This document shows positions 34,779 through 47,800 of a stretch of DNA of 64,000 nucleotides, in pieces; within the stretch, counting starts at the first letter, position 1; each line of letters begins with the position of its first letter. The DNA lies in contig NC_088856.1 in NCBI RefSeq assembly GCF_963853765.1, positions 34,534,001 to 34,598,000 on the forward strand. Reading direction: 5' to 3'. The notes beneath the pieces were generated by a model that did no database searches, had not been told where the DNA came from, and saw only the letters and a program-made list of their open reading frames with translations. The stretch is from Magallana gigas (Eukaryota). The position numbers and the translations under genes are program-made.

Positions 34779-37700
34779 TTATCGATTCTTTTTCTTCTCT
34801 TTTTTGGATTTTGGTCGGGTACTCTGGTTTGAACTTGCTGAGTTAGAGCCCTGCTTCAATTCCTCTTCATTATCCTGAAGCATAGAAATGTTGTCATACA
34901 TATTGATAAGATTCTTAAAAAGTTCACTTTACTGTACAGTTTCTTCTCAAAAGGAAACTAGAACTGTCCTAATGGGACTCACACCCCCTGCAAGGCTAAT
35001 TTCAAATGGGACAAATAATTGATTTGAATAATAAAGGTTTGGAACACATACAAATAAAAAAAAATTCTAGAATTGTAAATTAAAACAAGAGGCCCAATGG
35101 GCCACATTGCTCACATGAGCAACACTGACTTTATATCGGCATTCAAAGGATATTGTGCCATATGGCCCCTCGGTAGATTAACCAAAAATGAATATCCAAA
35201 TTTTACACTTATTTTTGCATATACATGTTTTCCTTTATGGAATACCATTTTTACCAAAAATAAGATCATATGCAATATAAATAACTAAATTTTCAGTTGG
35301 TGTTCACGGTTAACTTCCAGTTCCCTTTATTTTAGCCCCCCCCCCAATACTTTATAAAATGATTAAAATATATGAGAGCATAAAGGTACATTTTTTCCCT
35401 TCACTACCTACTAGTTATTGTATTTTCTTTAAAAAAATCTTATATGTGAAAGAAGAAAAGTGTATCTCAATGCACCAGAATGAATGTGCTCAATTCCTCA
35501 AATTAAAAACATTGAAAAATTCAATTGGCCTTCTCCATTATTATAATAAATGATTGTCGTTTACCAGGCATGAATTCATTTCGTATGACATTTCATATCC
35601 TTACTCACTTGACTGATGAATAAACTTAACTGAAAAATGTTGTTGCATATGGTAAAGAGCTATTATAATTCAAATCAATGTATTGGCAGGCATGTTGCTA
35701 TATTGTACCAAGGCCCACCCATTATTTTCATCTTTATTAAAAAACAACAAATGTCTTCAAACAAAGATGATTTCCATTGCAATAATTTTTTAAGAACAAC
35801 GAGAATGCTTTTATCGTCATAATAATAATAATGTGTCAGGACTATGGAAACTGTTTAAAAGACGTTGTTTTTATTTACTTGTGTTTAAAAAACTATCAAA
35901 AATTTGTGTAGATTTTATGCAATTCATCGTTTAAGAAGGGGCACCAGAAAGTAGTTACAGCATATCATCCTTTTAGCAAGACATTTCTATTGATCAACCA
36001 AAATTTCAGTGTCAATCGTAGAATTATAAGAAAGATACATAGCTTGGTTTGAGTCATGTTTTTGTTCACATGAGTTTATTACATTCAACTTCGGATTTTC
36101 AAACTTGGTCAGGGATCGACATTAACGGTTGCCCGATTGCCCGGGGCAAGTGAAATCTCTATTCGGGCAAGTGAAACTATGGGTAGACTTGTCCGATCGG
36201 GCAAGTAAAATTTCTGATTAGAAGTACGTCTTTTGTTTTGGTTACAAATAAATTTTATCATAAAATCAACATCCTTTCCCAATTCGAACTCTTCAGTCTT
36301 CTGCCTTAGCGTTCAACTTTAGGTAAGTCGTTCCATATGACATTCTTGTTACATTGATTTACAGATCGCGCGAATATATATCCATGTGCTCACTGACAGT
36401 TCTTTTTCGTATTATGGTATGTGCTGTCACGATAAAGAGCCAAACCATGTGCATGTCACGATATTCTGAATGCATTTGTCGTACGACTTAATTATTTCAC
36501 AAACACGTATGTTGATGGAAACGGAGATAGTTCGGTTTTATTAAACGTCATGGCATCGCAGTCTTCTCTTTTTAAATTATTTTGGGGGAAACAAAATGAA
36601 AGTACATCAAAAGATTCTACTGAAAGTAAAAAAAAATACGAACTTAAAAGAAAACGGGGATTTGTTGATTCTTGGAAATCTGAATTTGTAGGTTTATCTG
36701 ATACTGACACAGGTATGGTCACAGAATTAGAAAACAATGAAAATTATGATATATCATGAATGACAATCTGATTATCAAGATCAACTTGCTATGTGATATG
36801 CCAAAGGGCAAGTGAATTTTAAAGATAATGTCTATCCCTGTTGGTTTTTCCTATTCAGCATAGCAGCATTTAAAATGTAAACAAACTGAAGCATGACCTC
36901 AGCTTTGTGTACAAACATACAGTAGTATTGTGCGCAAAGCACTGTATCTTGCTTATAACTTGAAGCTTGACTCTCAGATTAGTAAATAGAAATTTGTAAA
37001 CAATTAAAACAAGAGAAAAATGCACTGAAACAAAGAAAAAAACACAATTTGTTTTTCACCATATATATATATAATTATATATATATATATATACTTATAT
37101 ATTTCTAGCAGCGAGAATAATCTCCTTTTAGATTGAAATTGCTGAGCATCTTTATAAAACATGTTGCATTAATCAACCATTACGTAGAGATCGTACTGAA
37201 TTACATGTACCAACATAATGAATATTATTTTATTATAATATGTTGTTAGTGCATCAGATTTTGCGAAGGTACATGTAAACAATCAGCTGTCTGATTTACC
37301 GGTCTAAACGTAAAAATTTAAAATTCTAAAATAAATACAATGGTTCCTCTCAAGTTAAAATAAAAAGAAACTAATGTTAAACATGCTAAACGAAAATCAA
37401 AACAAGCTAAAACCACCGTCACAAATGAAAATGTCAACACAATGAAATATTTAACCTTAATTTACTTCACATAAACGGCACATACATATTTTGGATGTTT
37501 CAAATATTCCTTTCGCACGTAAACTGTTGCACAACAAGCAAATTCATCTCCATTCAAGATGGCTGCTTCTTAAATAGACTGGTCCTCTAAACTGGTTTTT
37601 GATATATGAAATATCGAGCCTGAAGTTAAACTGATTAACTCCCATTCTCTCTGTCTTATTATTATTTTCATAAATTACTCAAATTTGAGACAGAATTAGC

Positions 37701-38216
37701 CCTTAATTTTTGCAATTTATATTTTCCTTCCCATAAGAATTATTTATGCTAAATAATGTTGAATTTGACTCAGTAGTTCTTGAGAAGAAGATTTTAAAAA
37801 ATGCACACCCTTTTTCTACAGTTTCGAGGTTTTCTCCGCTTTGAATAAAGATCGGTCTTTCATTTCTGCAATTTATATTTTCCTTCTCATAAGGATGCTT
37901 TGAGCCAAATTTGGTTGAAATTGGCCAAGCGGTTTTAGAGAAGAAGTTCAAAATGTAAAAAGTGTACAGACGGACAAAAGATGATCAGAATAGCTCACTT
38001 AAGCTTTCAGCTCAGGTGAGCTAAAAATCGTAACCAAAATTAAATAGGGTTGTAAATATTTGACGTTTAAATGTTCAAACCATTTACCTGTTCAGACTCA
38101 CTCTTTGGTATAAAAATCACGGCTAAGATACAAATTATTTGAAAAATAGCCCCAACAAATAAACCATAATGTAAAATGTTTTCAAACAAAGTGGGTTCCT
38201 CAATCTCGATCGCCAT
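34779..38216 (-). CDS. MANBAL: MANBAL-like / UPF0239 small single-pass membrane protein, 74 aa
   Basis: complement(join 34779-34874, 38088-38216), GT-AG, phase 0: [43 protein letters not shown]|[31 protein letters not shown]. Matches human MANBAL as recalled ([39 protein letters not shown]). Confidence 0.93.
35083..35345 (+). mobile_element. 5' fragment of a Helentron-associated (HINE-like) element
   Basis: Starts AAACAAGAGGCCCAATGGGCCACATTGCTCACATGAG, the typical oyster HINE-type 5' end as recalled; its subterminal repeat is complementary to CTCAGGTGAGC at ~38011. Confidence 0.55.
36110..36840 (+). mobile_element. Internally deleted hAT5-like transposon (731 bp) with 5-bp TSD and transposase N-terminal remnant
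   Basis: TIR CAGGGATCGACATTA / TAATGTCTATCCCTG (1 mismatch in 15); TTGGT on both flanks; subterminal GGGCAAGT repeats at 36144, 36165, 36199 and ~36806; ORF 36550-36759 has [20 protein letters not shown], like the start of hAT TTF-type zinc fingers. Confidence 0.85.
37699..38027 (+). mobile_element. 3' fragment of a HINE-like element with ~156-bp satellite-like monomers
   Basis: Ends CAGACGGAC..AGCTCACTTAAGCTTTCAGCTCAGGTGAGCTAAAAA (terminal palindrome); TGCAATTTATATTTTCC recurs at 37711 and 37867. Confidence 0.7.
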
Positions 38217-40205
38217 GTTTGTTTTGCAATTCTGTTTTCGGCAAAACCTCATTAAATAAATCAATGCTTGAGGTTTATCAATTTAAAATAATCTTAGAAA
38301 TGTTTTGTGCTGCATTTTTATAGTCGTGACAGTTAACTGATTAATGAGTAAATAACGATTTAATTGTCGTAAAACTTCTACGAAACAACCAATCGAATCG
38401 CTCGTTACATATCTGCCGTATTTAAAAAAAAGATCAAGTGGGAAATTCGAACCACGTTGATTAATATAAAACAGAAATAGTTGGGTATGTAACATATTTT
38501 TGACTTTCTGTCATTTATTTTTTGCACTTTATAACTCTTTTTGCTAAAATCACTTGCCTGATTTATGCCACGCGCTACCCATCAAACCCATGCCATGAAG
38601 CCGATAATTCATAAAGTAGGAATCAAAATTCCTCATCTGACGCTCATAAAATCTATCCTCCAAAAACGGAGGTTGCTTAGACCTGCTCACGTAGATAATA
38701 ACCAAAAGTACAGGGGACCTAAGTCAGATTTTCCTCACTCTGTACGGGTGTTTCATTAAACAAACTGTATCTGTTTATGACATAGACATGATAGAAATAC
38801 TGTAACGTTAGGCCTATGTATTGAAACAATTTACTGGCTGCTCCTTTGTAAAGTTTGGCATCTCAAACACAACATTAAAATGAGTATTTAGTGTTCCAAT
38901 ATAAATTAAAGGTTACTGCCGTAATGTTGGCATGGTGAAAATTTCATAGTTTAATTCTGAATAGCTTAATCAGCAAAATTGTGACGCGGCTCGAAACGTC
39001 AACAAAGCTTGGGTTCGGATTTTTACGAGCCAATAGCGTAATTTGTCGTGCAACCTTTTCATTGTTGTATATTCAAAAGAAATAAGTCCAGTATACAAAA
39101 GCGATATAAAGTTTATTTTAAACTAATGTGGGACTATTGACTAAACAATGAAACAAATTGAAGAAATTCAAACATTTGTTAAACTATTTATTACCTCCAA
39201 TTATTTATAGGAAACTACTGGTGAAGATTTATATGATTAACTTGGAGAACAGATTGTGGTGAATCATGCCACCAACAATTCTTTATCACCAGCACTCCCG
39301 TTGTCCTAAAACTATGGTGAATTAACGCCACCAATAGCTTTCTATATCTGTAAGATTGTAAACACCTGTAACTTGGTGTAAAAACATAACCAGTAGTATT
39401 AAACTAATTCCTTATTAATAAAAGTAAGTTTCAAGAATTCCATAGGAGCACAGTAGTCTAGATAATCATGATTTCATCCAAATTTACCAATAAAACTAAT
39501 CCAATTATTAACTATAAAATCACCTGTTCAAATTAACCAATTATAAAATTTACCGATTCACAATCCAAATTAACCAATAATAAAATTTACCAATTCACGC
39601 CGGGATCTTACAAGAACTGCAAATCTAATTGTTTCTGTAATGGTTTATAAACACTGGTGCTGTAATCAAAAGGCTAATAACACATCAAAGGGTCAAAGCA
39701 TCAAGGTTTCAGGCACAGTTCCTCAGATCAAACGAGATGCTTTGTGTTTCATTTGATCTGATGATCTGCGCATGACAACAAGATGTGATCTGGCTCTTTG
39801 GATCAAGTAACTGTTTAATACGATCAATAGCTATAGCAACATGTCTGGTGTACCTCCTGGTCTGAAAAAATTTGGATGGACGACCTGGGAGCTAGTCCCC
39901 TCACATGTTAAAAGTTCCAATTTATGGCATACAAAAACTTGTGCTGTAGTTGGACTGATTAACCATATTTTTACAAAAATTCTTTGTTAAGGAAATACCA
40001 TGTAACTAGCTCCCAGGGTGGCCATCTGAATTTTTTCAGATAGGGAGCTACAAACCTTCTGCTACATTTACATGAGCAGCAGCTCGCTGGCACTTTACAC
40101 TAGCATGCACTATGAGCACTAACATTGTCAGGGCGAAATGAAAATTTGAAAAACTGCTCCCTTGGACATACTGAATTTTCTGTCATCAATATTGTACCTT
40201 TAATT

Positions 40206-40318
40206 CTGTATTGCATATTGCTATCTATTTCACGTTTTTGAAAACAAGTAAAAATGTTTTAACTGTATTGCATATTGCTATCAATTTCACGTTTGTGAAA
40301 ACAAGTAAAAATGTTTTT
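40206..40318. repeat. ~56-bp tandem duplication
   Basis: CTGTATTGCATATTGCTATC(T/A)ATTTCACGTTT(T/G)TGAAAACAAGTAAAAATGTTTT x2. Confidence 0.85.
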
Positions 40319-40816
40319 AAAGAACATTGTGTATAAAAAAGGTATGTTAAACATTCTGTTGCTCTTAGATCATGTAGGTGATTCTTAATACCTAATTCAC
40401 AATAGTGACAATATTATAACCTGAACTGCCAACGTGAGTTCTGACGTCACAATCACTTTTTGAAAATGGGAAAGAACTCTGCATGGAAATGAACTGTACC
40501 TGAGATGCAACAATATAATGAAAGTACTATTTTAAAACAAGCTTAAAGGCAAATATTATTTTATGTTTACTAGTAAATCATCAGTTTTAGAAAAGGGTGA
40601 TATGGATTCAGAAAACCGTTTACAGTGTACATGGTGATCCAGAAAATCAGATTGCAACCTGTAAAACCAAAATACTCACTCAGTATCAAGAAAGGAAAAT
40701 TGATGGGTATATAATGAATTAACTTGAGCCTGCTTTCAAATTATAGAGTATAGCTAAATCAAGAGATTGTGCTGAACCTAGTTTACACATCAGCTCAGAA
40801 AAGGAGGGTTGGAAAA

Positions 40817-41045
40817 TACTGTGGAATCATAAGATTTCGCGGTGGCTCAATTTTCGTGGAATTCGTAGGTACCTTTCATCCACGAATTTACATCTTCCAC
40901 GAATTACTAAATTATGATTATTAGGTCATATTTTTCATTTTGGGTGTACAAAAAAAAAAAAACACGAAATTACGTCGCCTTGAACCTTTAAAATTTAAAC
41001 AATCCAGGAAAATTGGCCCCCATGAATTTAATTGATTCCAGAGTA
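40817..41045. mobile_element. TA-flanked MITE related to 28113-28323
   Basis: TACTGTGGAATCA...TGATTCCAGAGTA ends; shared CAATTTTCGTGGA and ATCCACGA interior motifs. Confidence 0.65.
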
Positions 41046-41822
41046 TTAGGATGATAGTATACTGAATCAAAGAAGCATAAGAAATTAAGTACCGGTATTT
41101 GAAAATTTAGGTTTTACAAAATTGATCCCAAAAAGTAACTCTCGAACAATTCCTTTAAAGTTATTGGTTTTTGATTAAATGTGTAGATTATTAGAATGTA
41201 TAAAACATAAGAATGAACCTGATACTAAGAAATGTACATATTTAAAAGCTGTATCATAATGACATAGAGTTGAAAAGTTCATATGTGGCAATATAATGAT
41301 ATGCAGTAATTACCTAGATTCCCTTGTTTGTACTGATGAGATAATTTGATATGAGTCAGAGACTTGGAATAGAATGTTGAAATAAATACCGGTACATGCT
41401 TGTATAATCAATTAGGAATTGCCAATTGAAATATGTTTGAATAAATTGACATTTTTACTTATTTCTTTTGCTTATGTAAGCTGCAATACACATTTGAAGC
41501 AACGTGATTTGCACTGGTGTTAACAGTCTGGTAAATGGATTTTTCTCTTCAAATATGAACATTATCACACTGCTATTGTACAAGGGATGGTCTTTTTGAC
41601 AAAAATGACATATTTTTTAATGAACAAAAAATGAAGAACATGTGGTAGACACACTGATAATATTAAGAGATTTGCAAAGAAAGTCACTGCTGATATTGTG
41701 ATCAGATTGCATTTTATCTCCTTTTTAGGTCACAGTAAAAATAGAAGAAAGAAATATTTCACAGTGAACTATTTGCAGTTTGATGAGTTTGACTGGAAAT
41801 ATTTCACTTTTTTCAACAAGTG

Positions 41823-44800
41823 ATGGAAGGTAGAGTTAGTTATTAATTAACACTAGTTGAATAAAAGATTACACACCTTAAATTAATACAACCTATGACA
41901 ATTTATATTTATAACTTATTAGTGAATATGATAAAAAAAAAATGAATAAACTATGAACACTTTGAATAAATCTTTTTTGATATTCAATAAATCTCTTTTT
42001 TTTTTAGCTTGTGGAATTTTAATTGATCTAAGCGAGCCCATTGAAAACAGCCCATTAAAGCCAGCCCACAGTAAAAGCCCACCTCTTTGTGAGGAATCAA
42101 GGAAAAGTCCTGATGCTACAGACAGCCAGAGGAAATCTGAAGACAGCCAGGACTCACTAGCTGGTCAGTTATCTCAGTAAAGCCTGCAGTCAATCAAAAG
42201 GTCCACGGCTCATTGATAACCTTTTATATCACTAAATCATCTATGGATGGTTAGCAGAGGGAACTCTGGGTAACTCACCAAAGGAAATAATCAAATTGAA
42301 TTTTACCAGAGTCATGATCATTTATCTCACTTTTTATGAGTATGTTATTTTATGAAAAGAAGAGATATATATGGGTTGAAGTCAGTTATCTTGCTAGGTG
42401 ACTTTACGAAATATTCATATATCTCACTAGAAGGTCAGCTATCTCACTAGCAGGTCATTTTGACAATGTCTTGTCACAGGTTGTGATTACCCTTGAGGGT
42501 CAGCTTCTCTCATTCTAAATGTCTGATTTTCTAATGTGTTAATAAGATTCCAAACCTCTTTTTTAGATTCCATTGAAATAGAGAGAAGTTGTGACAGAAG
42601 AGGAAGCTACACCATTGATAGGTCTCAGCTTCTACAGGATCTAAGTGAGATCACTGCCGAGAGTGACAGTGACCAGACCAGACATATCCCCCCCGCAGGT
42701 ACTACATCATTATATCTGTCTGGTGTACAGCATTACTGTAGGATTCACCTAATTAGCTACAGAATTTATATTAGTATAAACTGAATTGGACTGTTTACTC
42801 TTTGGCATTCTAGGTAGAACTGTTTTTTCAATGTGATTTTGTTAAATTACCATATAATTTTTTACATGCTTCAAAAAAGGGAGGGGGCAGCTCCTTTAGA
42901 GTTCAATATTCTATATGTAAGTTTAGGAAAAGAGTCTGTTATGGGAAAAGTGGGGGTGCAGAGATTGCCCGAGTTACCGGTACATGTATATTTCAAAGTG
43001 CTACATATAATCTTGACATCATGTAACAACACACCTCAAAAGCTGCTTACCATCCATAAATTATCAGCATCACAATAACACTAGTATACTAACTAGACTT
43101 ATTGTTCTCAAACAATTAGAGGTCTATTCACTTTGTTTTGGTTTTTTTAAACTTTAAAACATTTACAATTTAATAGTGTGATAAAATGATTTCCTTGCAT
43201 AAATGAAAAAATATTGTCAGAAGATTTAATATGATTTGGTTTTTTTTACTTTGACTTTTGATCTTTATATTATTTTGATTGGCCAAGGTCAACTTTTCAT
43301 TTTCAAGTGGTCTAATGTCTCTACGATGTAAGGTTCTAAAGTTTTAACTGTTTTAACAAAATTATAGAAATTTTCAGAGGCAATAACTGCTTAAAGGAGA
43401 CATCGGATCGTTTTGGTATGAATAGACTGAAAGATCATTAAAGTAAACCTAAGGACGACAGACCTAATTTGTTTTGCACAGATTTACCATGGCACACCTG
43501 AAAGAAGCTTAATTAAGTGATTGTTACAAACATCAAATTCTCAATATTACATCACAATCACTATAATTCAATGAAAAAATTGAAATTGAAATTTATTTAG
43601 TGCAAGTTGTGGCTGACCTAACTAATTTAACAAGCTGAAATACACTTTTCAACGTTATTTAAGATGCACAACTTTCTCTTTAGGGATGTCAAAGTTCTGT
43701 AGTGAGTCCTTTATTTGTTCAAGTTTTTTATAACCATCTACATACTAGTAGATAGAAATAGAGTAAAAACGTCCCTTGTGCTAAGATTTTGAAGTATTTT
43801 ATTATTGAAAATTGTTTAGCACACTCTAATAGTTGTTTTTATTGAACATAAATCAACCTTGAAATGATGTACATAACATTTTTCTTGGAGTTTGTGCAGT
43901 ACTTTTCATGAAAAAATGAAGAAAAATACTGACATACTGCACTTTGGCATGTGCCCTCCTAAAAACGAAGTGGATGACATGCATGGTTATTTTTTTAAAA
44001 TGATAATAATTCAAAATCACCATATAAGTATCATATTTTAATTTGGATGCAAAATCTATTGCAGAATTTTTTTTCTCTTACAAGAACGAAAAGAAAAGTG
44101 ATTCCAAAAATTTTTGAAATGGTCACTTCTGAAAATCTTATTCGATTTTTATGGTTTTGGTTTTTTTTTATTGATTTTGACATATCTTTAGTACCTCAAA
44201 CTCATGTAAAATTTTCACTATTGTAGAAATGAATTGGGTTTGTTGTCCTTAGGACAATGCCATTTGGTAAAAGCCCCAAGTTTCTATTTCTTAGTAGGGA
44301 TAACAGGCATTTCCTTTACAAAGAATTAAGAAAATACCATAAAGAATACAATTTTTTAAAGGTCTTTCACATGAAAGGTGGAAAAACCTATTGATTCATA
44401 ATATACAAAATGACATAATAGGTGAATGCCTTTTGGATGAGCTGTTGATAAGAAATATTTTATTTAACAGGAGGCATTCAACTTTTGGAAGATGAAGAAT
44501 TTGACTTTGACCTCCCCCTTTCCCCTGCTGTTAGGTGTGTAGATATTATTGTACCTGTTTAAAGTTTTCCGAATAATAGTATTGACACAAAGAAAAGAAA
44601 TTTTTGAAAGCAATATCATGATTTTTATTGTCATTTCAAGTCAAATATGATCCTCATGATATTGTGAATTGGTATCACATATTCTTATTATTTGATTTCA
44701 AGAGGATCACTATTGTACTGGTAATTGGTTTGATCTTAGAGTGTGGTAAGAGTGATGTCTGTACACACGCCTGTGCAAATTACTCATTTTCCTCTCTGTT

Positions 44801-47800
44801 CTGATTAATGACCTGTAGAGTCCTCAGTTCCCCCACAGCTGTGGATGAAGACGATGAAGAAGTTTTTATTGGACCGATAGGATTCACTGAGAAGTGTGTG
44901 GCCACAGTGGTGTCAGAAATTGCTCCCCTTCAGGAGCCCCTCAAACCTCTCAGCCCCCTGAAGCCTCACCAGATAGCCGAGATCTTCAAGGAGGCCCAGC
45001 TGGTGGTGTATAGGATAAACAATGAGGAGAAGGACGAAGAAGGAAAGGGGCCTAAACGGGAATCCTTAGGCAGGAGGGGAAGAGCCCAGACCCCGGTCAA
45101 GCACCAGAGAAAGGGAACTTTCACAGAGAGCCCAGACGCATTTATTCGACTTCCAGAGAGCGTTGTCAAAGCCATGCCTGTGATAGACATTGAAATCAAT
45201 GATCCTTTCGAGACAAAAGTGGAGGAGAACAAGGAAAATTCCCACACCGCGGTCACCAGTAGGCTGGCTGCTCCCAAGAGTAGAACCCTGCCAGGAACAA
45301 CACAGTCTGGAAAGGGACAGGTTGGTCTTCTGTGTTACAAAAATCAATCATCAAAGATAGCCAAGACCGTAAATAATAAATGTTTTGGTTTTTGGGTCCT
45401 GCTGCATCAGGTCATACGCTTAAACATTCAACTTGGTTAACCCTATTGCCTAGTGAAAGGGGGAATACATGTATTAAGTTTGAAAGTTAAAATATGAAAA
45501 TTGAATATGTAAATGTATAAAAAAAACTCCTTGGGAATCATGAAATCAAAAATATGATAATGAATACATTCATATCGTATTATATTTTGAATTTGTTTTG
45601 CCTGGTAGGTGGAATGGGGGGAGGCCAACATAGAAGTTATGTAGCTACATGTACTAGAGTACACAATGGAACTGTTTTTATCTTACAAAAAATCCAGAGA
45701 TATAACATTTTTATATGTGAAAGTTTTCTGGAAGAAAAGAAAATTCTAGTGTAGATTACATACAAAATTTAACTTTTGCTTGGACAGAGTCGAAGTGGCC
45801 ACTGTATGAATGATGCTGCAGCCAGCGACACTGATGACTGCTGCAGTGTGACCTCGGACACCAGCGAGAGTTCCCTCTCCCGCCTCCCTGTGAACAGACC
45901 CGGAGTAGCCAAGTCCAAGGTCTGTTGTAATCTTTATCAGGCATTTTCAGTTAATCACTGCATATTTTCAAGTCATTGTGCTGCACGCTCCAAAATAACT
46001 TCAAAGACTGAATTTGTATAGGAACTACCAGGTATATCTTGGTCAAATTTTGATGTTTTTTGGACCATGATATCCAATATGGCTTGCTGATAGACATTAA
46101 TTTTTTTTAAATTTTGAATTGCATTTTTGTATTTTTGATACGATAAACAAATGTTTAGTCACATTTGATTTGAAAAGATACTACTATAACCCAAATATGC
46201 AAAAATTGTTTTCTATTTAAGTTTGAAAGGAAATAGAGTGTATAGGTAAAAAATTGAATAGGCCATTGAATTAGTACTTATATTTCTCTTTACATGTATG
46301 TATCTTTTAGGTTTTGACTGGTAAAACTGGACTGAAGAGACCTTCCATGCTAAAACCTCCTGGTGCCAACAAATCTAATGAAAATCTGTCGACCAGTATC
46401 AATTCAGCCTCAAAAACAACAAGCAGTACCTCAGTTAGTACAAAGATAGTTCCTCCTGCCAAGTCACGCAGAAGCTTGAATACTAGCAGCAGAAAGTCTA
46501 TAGGGCTAAACACTTCAGGGATACCAAACAGTTGTAAACCGGCTGGCAATATTACCAGCAAGGAGACAGAAGGTCTGAACAGAAAGGGTCCCACAACCAG
46601 GCTAAGTCTTGTGAAACCTGGCACCATTCAGAAACCAGTCATCAAAGCACAGCAGCAGACGACCGAAAGTAAAGGTAGAACAGGTCCACTGAAGGCTCTA
46701 CCCATCACCTCTAACATCCCAGAGAAAGCTGGAACAGGTAAGGGAGATATCCAATGTACATGTATGCCATTCAGCTTCCTTGGTTCATCAGAAAGATTTG
46801 AAATTTTGTAAATTGTGAATACACATATGATAATGTGTATAGAGTTATCAATCTACATCAGTTACAGTTAAACTTCGTTATCTCGAACTGGATGGGACTA
46901 TTTAACAACTACGAGATATCCAAGTATTCGATATATTGAGGGTAAAATACTTAAAAAATAAGTGGTTGGTACTTACAAACCACTTTAACATACCCATTGT
47001 ATTCGAGATATCTAAGTTTAACTGTATTTCCTTTAACAAATTTCTCTCAACCTATCAATTTAAAAAATGTGTTATGAGAAAAACAAATGAGAATGTTCTG
47101 ATTTTGTACTTCTTTTTTCACTTCATTAGTATGTAGACTTTAAGTTCAGTATACACTGACTAATTTTCTTGAATCCACAGTAAAACCTGCCCTGACCAAA
47201 CAGATGTTGCTGAATCCTGAAGTCTGTACCCCAGTGAAAGCGGACAAAAAAGTCCAACCCAAACTTTTGTCCACCAACTTCACAACGCCAGTCAGATCTA
47301 AGTAAGAACAACTTTATACTAAACCAATCAAATCTAAGAAAGAACAACATCTTACTAAACCAGGCTGATCTATGAAAGAACAATTGCGTACTAAACCGCC
47401 AAGTAAGAACAACTTAATTCTAAAAAAGTTTGATCTAAGTAGGAGCAGCTTAAACCACACAAGTCTGATCTAAGTAAGAACAACTTATTCCACACCTTCG
47501 TGCCTGATGTAAGTAAGAGCAACTTCATTCTAAACCAGTCTGGTCTTAGTAATAACATTATACTACACCAGTCTGATCTCAATACACGTAGAATCTACTT
47601 CTAGTAAACCAGTCTGATCTAAGTAAGAGAAACTTATATTAAACCAGTCTAATCTAAGTAAGAGCAAGTTATATTAAACCAGTCTGATTTAAGTAAGAGC
47701 AACTTATACTACACCAGTCTGATCTAAGTAAGAGCAACTTATAATACACCAGTCTGATGTACATGTAAGTATTAAAGATCAACTTTATACTAAGTCATTG

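Noticed and set aside
38560-38760. GC-richer island in the MANBAL/GTSE1 divergent region as a structural RNA (U3, RNase P/MRP, U12, telomerase RNA considered)
   Set aside because: Only small hairpins and partial motif look-alikes (GAGGAAAATCTGA, ATGAGCGTCAG); the required partner boxes or template are missing. An Infernal/Rfam scan would settle it.
44966-46627. Minus-strand ORFs at 44966-45277, 45066-45347 and 46307-46627 (likewise 3422-3730, 56842-57060, 60965-61171)
   Set aside because: Antisense or alternative-frame shadows of real EPG5, GTSE1 and SLC35A2 exons.
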